Assembly (NCBI RefSeq): GCF_000014785.1 | Contig: NC_008340.1 | Span: forward strand, 150,001-182,000 | Length of the DNA stretch: 32,000 nt | From: Alkalilimnicola ehrlichii MLHE-1 | GTDB taxonomy: Bacteria; Pseudomonadota; Gammaproteobacteria; Nitrococcales; Halorhodospiraceae | Reading direction: 5' to 3' | Shown here: one piece after another, positions 25,785-32,000 of the stretch | Layout: every line of letters starts with the position of its first letter | Position numbering within the stretch: position 1 is the first letter of the stretch | The notes under the pieces: generated by a model | Seen by the model: only the letters and a program-made list of their open reading frames with translations | Databases searched by the model: none | Told to the model about the DNA's origin: nothing | Program-made: the position numbers and the translations under genes

Positions 25785-26590
25785 GCGAATGGTGGCGTGG
25801 CCGGTTTCTCGCCGGTGGCGTTTTGATCCTGGCCCTGGCCGGGCCGGTAGCTGCCGACGAGGAGGCGGGCCGGGCCCTGGCCCAGGCGGTCTATGACCGG
25901 CCGGATGGCGACGACGCAGTCACCCGCGGCCGCATGGTGCTCGGCGGCGAGGGCCGGCGTGAGCGGGTGCGTGAGAGTTATGAATACCGCCTGGACGGCG
26001 ACGACGGCGAGAGCTGGAACCTCATCCGGTTCACCCACCCCGCCAACATCGCGGATACCGGGTTGCTGGTCCACAACCGGCCGGACGACGCCAGCGACCA
26101 GTGGCTGTTTCTGCCGGCGGCCCAGCGGGTGCGCCGGATTAGCAGCGAGAACCGGGGCGGCAGCTTCGTGCAGTCGGAGCTCTGGTTCGAGGACCTGGAG
26201 GACCGCGAGCCCCACGAGGACACCCACCGTCTTCTGGGGGAGGACCACTACCAGGGGGTGGAGGTCAAGCTGCTGGCGAGCGTCCCTGTCGACCCCGATA
26301 ATTCGGTCTATAGCAAGCGGCTGAGCTGGGTGCATCCCGATACCCTGATCCCGCTGCGCATCGACTTCTACCAGTCCGGCGAGGAGCCGGTGAAGCGCCT
26401 GACGGTGGATCGCATCGAGCGGATTCAGGGGTACTGGACAGTGATGCGCAGCACCATGGCCGACCTGCGCCGCGGCCGGGAAACCACACTGGAAGTCGAG
26501 GAAGTGGTGTATGACCAGGGACTGCCCCGTGACCTGTTCACCAGCCGGGCCCTCTCCGACCCGACTCTGGAGCGTGACTATCGCCCCTGA
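25781..26590 (+). CDS. Outer-membrane lipoprotein-sorting (LolA-fold) family protein, exported
   Basis: Signal peptide FLAGGVLILALAGPVAADEEAG; DQWLFLPAAQRVRRISSENRGGSFVQSELWFEDLEDREP...VYSKRLSWVHPDTLIPLRIDFYQ...GRETTLEVEEVVYDQGLPRDLFTSRAL. Confidence 0.85.
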   Translation: MSEWWRGRFLAGGVLILALAGPVAADEEAGRALAQAVYDRPDGDDAVTRGRMVLGGEGRRERVRESYEYRLDGDDGESWNLIRFTHPANIADTGLLVHNRPDDASDQWLFLPAAQRVRRISSENRGGSFVQSELWFEDLEDREPHEDTHRLLGEDHYQGVEVKLLASVPVDPDNSVYSKRLSWVHPDTLIPLRIDFYQSGEEPVKRLTVDRIERIQGYWTVMRSTMADLRRGRETTLEVEEVVYDQGLPRDLFTSRALSDPTLERDYRP

Positions 26591-28007
26591 GCGCGAGCGC
26601 ACGCATTGGACCGGCTTCGTGTTGTCCTGTGTCATCCTGGCGCTGCTGTTGGCCGTGCTACTGACGGCCCCCGCCGCCGCAGAGGACGTGCTGATCTTCG
26701 GCGAGCCGGACCCGGACGAGCCGGAACCGCCGGAGGCGGAGGCCGCCGAGATGCCCTCCCCCTGGGACACCCGCATCGAGCGCGGCCTGCTGGAGCTGGG
26801 CCAACTGGCCGCCAACCGGCGCACCGCCGATTTCAGCCACCACGGTCGGGCCGAGTTCCGCGCCGGCCGCACGCTGGCCGGAGACTGGGAGCTGCGCCTG
26901 GGCGCCCGCCTGGACGGCCACTGGCAGGGCGGGGGCGAGCGCTCCGGCGTCTCGCGGTTGGACGCCGACTACGCCGAGAACTGGCTGCGTTACCGGGGCC
27001 GCGATTGGCGGCTCACCGTCGGGACCCAGCGGGTACTCTGGGGGCGGGTGGATGAGATCCCGCCCACCGACCGCCTGAGCACCAAGGACCTCACCCGCTT
27101 TGCGCTGGACGAGATGGTGGACCGGCGACGGACCAATCCCGCTGTCCGCCTGGAGTTCTACCAGGCCGGCTGGGCGGTGGACCTGCTGTTCCTGCCGCTC
27201 TTCCGCCCCGCGGAGCTGCCCGACCGGGACAGCGTCTGGCATCCGGTGGACCGCGAGCGTGGCCGGCTCTTCGGCCTCCCGGCGGACCCCGCCCTGGCAC
27301 CCTTCATCCGTGACGCCCGCATCGACGACGATGTCTCCGGCGATGGCGATGGCGGGGGCGGGGTGCGCCTTAGCCGCGGCGGCGCCGGTGCGGACTTCGC
27401 CCTCACCCTCCAGCGTGCGCGCCACTCCCAGCCCCACTACCGGGTGGACGACGCCACCCGCGCCGCCCTGCTGGGCGCGGGCCCGCCGCCGGATCGGCCC
27501 ACGTTGCATGCCGAGCACCCGCGCACCTGGGTGGTGGGCGGCGACCTGGCCACGGAACTGGGCGCCTGGACCCTGCGTGCCGAGGCCGCCTGGCTCAGTG
27601 ACGTGCCGGTCACCCGGGCCGATGACCTGCGCCAGCGGACGGTGGCGGGTTTTGACTGGGTGCTGGGCGTGGAGGGCTTTCCCGGGGATCGCGACTTCCG
27701 CACCACCCTGCAGGTGGCCGGGCAGCACCTGGACGGTGCCGGGGGGGTGCTGGAGGCGCGCGAGGCCTACTACCTGACCGGCGAACTGGAAAACCCCTTC
27801 GCCGACCACCAGTGGCGGGCCCGGGTGCGCTTCTCCGCGGGGCTCGACCGCCGCGATGTCTATCTGAACCCGGAACTGGCCTGGATCGGCTTCGAACCCC
27901 ACGAGTTCTACGCCGGCCTGCACTGGTTGGACGGGCGTGATGACACCGCTGGCGGGTTTTACCGGGACAACCGCATGCTGGTGCTGGGCTGGCGGGGACA
28001 GTTCTGA
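26574..28007 (+). CDS. Outer-membrane beta-barrel-like protein (DUF1302-like)
   Basis: GTG start candidate at 26574 overlapping the preceding gene; signal-peptide-like VILALLLAVLLTAPAAAEDV; NWLRYRGRDWRLTVGTQRVLWGRVDEIPPTDRLSTKDLTRFALDE...RRTNPAVRLEFYQAGWAVDLLFLPLFRPAELPDRDS; C-terminal ...MLVLGWRGQF. Confidence 0.75.
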   Translation: MTIAPERERTHWTGFVLSCVILALLLAVLLTAPAAAEDVLIFGEPDPDEPEPPEAEAAEMPSPWDTRIERGLLELGQLAANRRTADFSHHGRAEFRAGRTLAGDWELRLGARLDGHWQGGGERSGVSRLDADYAENWLRYRGRDWRLTVGTQRVLWGRVDEIPPTDRLSTKDLTRFALDEMVDRRRTNPAVRLEFYQAGWAVDLLFLPLFRPAELPDRDSVWHPVDRERGRLFGLPADPALAPFIRDARIDDDVSGDGDGGGGVRLSRGGAGADFALTLQRARHSQPHYRVDDATRAALLGAGPPPDRPTLHAEHPRTWVVGGDLATELGAWTLRAEAAWLSDVPVTRADDLRQRTVAGFDWVLGVEGFPGDRDFRTTLQVAGQHLDGAGGVLEAREAYYLTGELENPFADHQWRARVRFSAGLDRRDVYLNPELAWIGFEPHEFYAGLHWLDGRDDTAGGFYRDNRMLVLGWRGQF

Positions 28008-30262
28008 TGCGCTGGCTGCTGGACCGCCCCCGTCTTGCCCTGGCCGTGCTCGCGCTGCTGGTGCTGGGGCCGGGGCCGATGCTGCTGCAGGTCAACCTGG
28101 ACAACGCGCCGGAGGCCTATTTCCCGCTGGACGCCCCGGCAGTGGTGCTGGACAACGAGCTGCGGGAGGAATTCCCCCAGGATCAGGTGCTGGTGGCGCT
28201 GTTCGAGGGGGAGCACCTGTTCGAGGCGGATTTCCTTGGCCGGCTGCACGCCCTCGCCGAGGCCCTGGAGGGCAAGGAGCGGGTGGAGCGGGTGCTCGGC
28301 CTGACCAGCACCGACCACATCCGCGCCACGGCGGACGGCTTTGCCGTGGAACCGCTGGTGGACGCCTCCGCGCTGGACCGGTTCGACCCCGCGGGCTGGC
28401 GCGCGCGGGCGCTGGGCGACACCTTTGCCCCCGGCCTGATTGTCGCCCACGACGGGGAGGCCACGGCCCTGGTGGTCCGCCCCCACGTGCTGGAGGACAG
28501 CCTGCAGCGCCTGGAGCTGGAGCAGTCGCTGCGCCGCGCCATCAAGGCCCACGGCCTGAGCGCGGAGCTGACCGCCATCGCCGGCCATGTGGCGCTGGAC
28601 GTGGCCCAACTCCGGGCCATGATCGGCGACCTGGCCCTGCTGGTGCCCGGCACCATGGGCATCGGCCTGCTGCTGCTCTGGTGGTTGTTCCGGCGCTGGC
28701 TGGTGGTGGGGCTGGCCGCGGCCACCATCAGCGCCGTCACCGGCTCGGCGCTTACCCTGCTGGTAGTCACCGGCAAGCCCTTCACCCTGATCACCGCCAT
28801 CATGCCGCCGCTGCTCACCGCGCTGACGGTGGCGATGATGATGCATTACTTCAACGCCGTGCTGCACGCCGCCCAGCGCGGTTACACCGGCCGCGCCCGG
28901 GTGGAGGCGGCCTTGCAGGCCGTGGCCCGGCCCACCCTGTTCATGGCCCTGACCACCGCCGCCGGCCTGGCCTCGCTCAGCGTCAGCCCCATCCGCCCCA
29001 TCGAGGCCTTCGGCCAGGTCTCCGCCTTTGGGGTGCTGGTGGCCGCCGCCTGCGTACTCGGGCTGCTGCCGCCGATCCTGGCCCGGTATGATCGCGGCCC
29101 CTGGGTGCGGCAGCAGCGGGGCATGCGCCGGCTCGACGGCTTCCTGCGGCTGGCCGCGCACCTGGCGGTACGCCGGGCCGGCTGGGTGGTGGCCGCGGCG
29201 GTGCTGGTCTTCGCTGTCGCCATCCCGCAGATCCGCCACGTGGAGGTGGAAACCGATCTTTACGCCTTCTTCGACGAGGGCCACGAGATCACCCGCGCCA
29301 CCCGCCAGGTGGAGGAGCGCCTCGCCGGGGTGATGGCCATGGAGGTGGTCTTCGACGGCCCCGACTGGGACAGCCTGATGGCGCCGGAGCGGCTGCAGGC
29401 CATCCACGCGGTGCAGGCCTGGCTGGATGCCCGCCCGGAGGTGGATTACAGCCTGTCGCTGCCGGATCTGGTGGCGGAGATGCACTGGGCCTTCAACGAG
29501 GAGGACCCGGACTACCGCGCCGTGCCCGACAACGAACCGCTGGTCGCCCAGTACCTGTTCATCTACGACGGCCAGGACCTGTGGGACGTGGTGGACCGCG
29601 ACTTCACCCGCAGCCGGCTGTTGCTCAACCTCAACGCCACCGGTGCCCAGGAACTCAATACCCTGATGGCTGACCTGCGGGGCCACCTGGAGGCCGAACC
29701 GCCGGCCGATCTGGCGTGGGATATCGCCGGTATGGGCCGGCTGTTCGCGGATCAGGAGCGGCTGCTGATCCAGGGGCAGTTGCACAGCTTGATGGTCGTG
29801 GTGGCGCTGCTCGCCGTGCTGATGCTCCTGATGTGGCGGTCCGTCTCCGTGGCCGCCGTCAGTATGGTGCCCAACCTCACCCCCATCGTGCTCATCTTCT
29901 CGCTGATGGGTCTGCTGGGTATCTGGCTGGACATGGCCACCGCCATGATCGCCAGTGTCGCGGTGGGGATCGCCGTGGACGACACCATCCACATCCTCCA
30001 TGCTTACCTGCGCCGCCGGCGCGCCGGCAGCCCGGCGGCCTGGGCGGTGGCCCGCAGCTTCCGCCAGAGCGGGCGGGCGGTGACGGCCACCACCCTGGTG
30101 TTGATCGCCCAGTTCCTGCTGGTGGCCCTGTCGGACTTCCAGCCCACCCAGAGCTTCGGCCTGCTCACGGCCTTCGGGCTGGCAGCGGCGCTGGTGTACG
30201 ACCTGCTGGTGCTGCCGGCAGTGCTGGTGCTGCTGAGCCGGGTCCAACGGTTGAAAGAATGA
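28007..30262 (+). CDS. MMPL/RND superfamily exporter
   Basis: Two-fold repeat of TM bundles with periplasmic loops; LLWWLFRRWLVVGLAAATISAVTGSALTLLVVTGKPFTLITAIMPPLLTALTVAMMMHYFNAV and ...IASVAVGIAVDDTIHILHAYLRRRR. TGATG overlap with the upstream gene. Confidence 0.92.
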   Translation: MRWLLDRPRLALAVLALLVLGPGPMLLQVNLDNAPEAYFPLDAPAVVLDNELREEFPQDQVLVALFEGEHLFEADFLGRLHALAEALEGKERVERVLGLTSTDHIRATADGFAVEPLVDASALDRFDPAGWRARALGDTFAPGLIVAHDGEATALVVRPHVLEDSLQRLELEQSLRRAIKAHGLSAELTAIAGHVALDVAQLRAMIGDLALLVPGTMGIGLLLLWWLFRRWLVVGLAAATISAVTGSALTLLVVTGKPFTLITAIMPPLLTALTVAMMMHYFNAVLHAAQRGYTGRARVEAALQAVARPTLFMALTTAAGLASLSVSPIRPIEAFGQVSAFGVLVAAACVLGLLPPILARYDRGPWVRQQRGMRRLDGFLRLAAHLAVRRAGWVVAAAVLVFAVAIPQIRHVEVETDLYAFFDEGHEITRATRQVEERLAGVMAMEVVFDGPDWDSLMAPERLQAIHAVQAWLDARPEVDYSLSLPDLVAEMHWAFNEEDPDYRAVPDNEPLVAQYLFIYDGQDLWDVVDRDFTRSRLLLNLNATGAQELNTLMADLRGHLEAEPPADLAWDIAGMGRLFADQERLLIQGQLHSLMVVVALLAVLMLLMWRSVSVAAVSMVPNLTPIVLIFSLMGLLGIWLDMATAMIASVAVGIAVDDTIHILHAYLRRRRAGSPAAWAVARSFRQSGRAVTATTLVLIAQFLLVALSDFQPTQSFGLLTAFGLAAALVYDLLVLPAVLVLLSRVQRLKE

Positions 30263-30528
30263 AGCCAGTGGGGGTTGTCGGCCGGCTTTACAGCGATGGG
30301 TGATCGATAACCGACTGGTTTGTCGAGATTTTCCTGGGCCTCTGTGCTGCAGGCCCCGTTGCCCCCGGAATCTCCCCCGATTCGCTGTCAATCCGCTTTA
30401 CAGACTCCGTGCTTTCTCCGTCAGGGATGCGCTGGGACAGACCTAATTCCGGGTGGCATCTCCAGGAAGGTCGTTTGTCGCCAATAAATTCAGTCACTTG
30501 TGATGCGCTTCTGGATGATTGTTCATCT

Positions 30529-30544
30529 TGGCATGGTGTCTGCT
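30529..30544 (+). promoter_or_regulatory. Candidate sigma-54 (-24/-12) promoter upstream of the PEP-CTERM gene
   Basis: TGGCATGGTGTCTGCT matches TGGCACRNNNNTTGCW at all but two specified positions (C to T in -24 box, T to C in -12 box), with invariant GG and GC in 12-bp phasing, about 90 bp before the ATG at 30633. Confidence 0.65.
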
Positions 30545-30632
30545 TCTAGTGAACGACAAGAGGTGGTTTGCCGGCCTTAGGGCCGAACCCGCGATGGGTT
30601 CATCGCACTACATTGATCATCAGGAGAGGCTC

Positions 30633-31610
30633 ATGAACACAAAAAGACTCATGCTCGCTTCGCTTTGCGCGGGCACCTTCGCCTTCGGCGCGGGCGCTGC
30701 ATCGGCGGCGGAGATCATCGACTTTGATATCGACCTGGATGCCACGGCGGATTTCAGCGGCGGGGTTAGCGATGTTCGGCGTATCCAGTTCGACTTGAAT
30801 ACCCAGACCTTTCAATATGTGCAGGATCCGCTGAACCCCGTCCAAGTTGGGGATGTATTCTTCGACCGCGGTTATGGCGATGCCTCTGCGTACCGGACCT
30901 CGGGCGGTGGTTCCGCCGTTCAAGAGCCCGGAGGAGACTTTTTGGGCATTACCTACTCCATGGGGCTGCTATGGGATGAGCTCCGCGGGGTGATTACCTC
31001 GGCGGGTGCCAATGCCGCCGGTGATTGGGTGGTGACCGCCGACTACACCTCGGTGGGTCCCAACAACTTCCAGTTGTTCGTCGCGGACCTCAACCCCGGG
31101 TATGGCCAGGACTATGACGGGGCCGCCGCCCACTTCTCGGGGGGCGAGCAGGTCATGGAGATGGCGTTGGTGCAGGGTGACAGTATCCTCGAATTCGAAG
31201 GCGGTCCGGCTGGGGATTTTGTCGAGGGGACATTCACCTTCGAGTTCCAGGTGATTGACGTGTTGCCGGGCTTCTGGTTCACCAGCGATGGCGAGGACTT
31301 CGCCGATCTGATCGAGGATGACGAGGGGGCGCCCACCTTCATCGTCAGCGCCTTCGCCAGCGCCGGTACTATCCAGGAGCCGCCGCCCGAGACCTTCTTC
31401 GGCGATGACGCTAATAGCGACGCGTTCGGCGACGAGCGGGAGGGCCAGACCCTGTTCAGCGAGACCCAGTCCACCCACGATGGCAGCCTGCGCTTCGCGG
31501 TGCCGGAGCCGGGTACCCTGGCGCTGATGGGCACCGCTCTGCTGATCCTCGGTGGCCTCCTGGGTGTGGGTGGCATCCGCCGCCGCACCGGGTCGGCACA
31601 AGCGGCCTGA
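30633..31610 (+). CDS. PEP-CTERM sorting domain protein (exported, acidic)
   Basis: Signal peptide MNTKRLMLASLCAGTFAFGAGAASAAEI. C-terminus VPEPGTLALMGTALLILGGLLGVGGIRRRTGSAQAA is PEP motif, TM helix, basic cluster. Start trimmed from 30519 to ATG 30633 with AGGAGAGG upstream. Confidence 0.93.
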   Translation: MNTKRLMLASLCAGTFAFGAGAASAAEIIDFDIDLDATADFSGGVSDVRRIQFDLNTQTFQYVQDPLNPVQVGDVFFDRGYGDASAYRTSGGGSAVQEPGGDFLGITYSMGLLWDELRGVITSAGANAAGDWVVTADYTSVGPNNFQLFVADLNPGYGQDYDGAAAHFSGGEQVMEMALVQGDSILEFEGGPAGDFVEGTFTFEFQVIDVLPGFWFTSDGEDFADLIEDDEGAPTFIVSAFASAGTIQEPPPETFFGDDANSDAFGDEREGQTLFSETQSTHDGSLRFAVPEPGTLALMGTALLILGGLLGVGGIRRRTGSAQAA

Positions 31611-31672
31611 AGCAACCGCTGTAGGGCGCTATAATAGCCCAGTAGTTACCCGGTAAGCGTAGTGACCGACCT

Positions 31673-31704
31673 GAAGGGCCCCTCCCGGGGCCCTTCGTTT
31701 TTTT
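31673..31704 (+). terminator. Rho-independent terminator after the PEP-CTERM gene
   Basis: Perfect 10-bp stem GAAGGGCCCC-TCCC-GGGGCCCTTC followed by GTTTTTTT. Confidence 0.9.
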
Positions 31705-31838
31705 AGGTTACCTGTTCTTCTGTCGATGGCACCGGCTTGCCCTCACACCCGCCGCTCCGATGGCTCCGGATCCTCCGCTTCCTCCATTGCGAGCGCAGCC
31801 CCTGTCAGTCAGAGTAAGGGCTGAAGGCTTCCCCCGCC

Positions 31839-31914
31839 GTCATCGCGAGGGCCGAAGGCCCGTGGCGATCCAGGGCGGTAGACTGCCACGTCGGCTTCGC
31901 CTCCTCGCAGTGAC
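31839..31914 (-). repeat. Inverted copy of the 76-bp repeat element
   Basis: Reverse complement matches 24217-24292 at 73 of 76 positions by manual alignment. Confidence 0.93.
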
Positions 31915-32000
31915 GGTGGGGGCGCTCGCAGTGACGTGCCGGGCCTCGTCATTGCGGAGAGCGAGCCCCCTCACCCCTGTCATTGCGAGGAGCGGGCCCC
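31915..32000. repeat. Further fragments of the same repeat family continuing past the window edge
   Basis: CTCGCAGTGACG (~31925), CGTCATTGCGGAGAGCGAG (~31948) and GTCATTGCGAGGAGCG (~31979) repeat-end motifs. Confidence 0.7.

Noticed and set aside
25661-26872. Minus-strand 403-aa ORF opposite the LolA-like gene
   Set aside because: Antisense shadow of a gene with signal peptide and family motifs; crosses gene boundaries.
27959-30391. Long minus-strand ORF of 810 aa opposite the MMPL exporter
   Set aside because: Gln/His/Gly-rich shadow ORF antisense to a convincing transporter; typical high-GC artefact.
30288-30497. Small minus-strand ORF (69 aa) in the gap before the PEP-CTERM gene
   Set aside because: No recognisable motif or supported ribosome-binding site; it lies in a probable regulatory region.
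1-32000. tRNA, rRNA, prophage or transposase genes
   Set aside because: None recognised on reading either strand, although short RNAs cannot be excluded without a covariance-model search.

Overview
High-GC, probably gammaproteobacterial chromosomal window dominated by an exosortase A (XrtA/EpsH)-type exopolysaccharide and PEP-CTERM protein-sorting locus. Left edge, minus strand: acyl carrier protein, an in-frame fusion of an exosortase-associated 'hydrolase 2'-like alpha/beta-fold protein with a GT2 glycosyltransferase, and an AMP-dependent acyl ligase cut by the window edge. A divergent asparagine-synthase-like gene at 2839-4695 has Ala in place of the catalytic N-terminal Cys. Centre, minus strand: a tightly packed run of 13 genes (21498 down to 4692). 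These are chain-length determinant, tyrosine autokinase, TIGR03016-like outer-membrane protein, XrtA-associated ATPase, polysaccharide deacetylase, FemAB-like protein, glycosyltransferase, exosortase A with C-terminal EpsI domain, glycosyltransferase, intact amidotransferase, two glycosyltransferases and a CapK/PaaK-like AMP ligase. Right, plus strand: a PilZ protein, two tandem PEP-CTERM-system acyltransferases, an array of ~77-bp repeats, a ThiF/E1-like protein, a LolA-fold protein, an outer-membrane barrel-like protein, an MMPL/RND exporter and a PEP-CTERM protein. The PEP-CTERM gene is preceded by a near-consensus sigma-54 promoter and followed by a strong terminator. An inverted 76-bp copy of the repeat element lies past that gene. 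The overall locus type is known. The points most worth following up are the hydrolase-GT fusion, the glutaminase-dead amidoligase paired divergently with an ACP/acyl-ligase operon, the sigma-54 promoter, and the inverted repeats flanking the ThiF/exporter/PEP-CTERM segment. All family assignments are from reading motifs; no database search was run.
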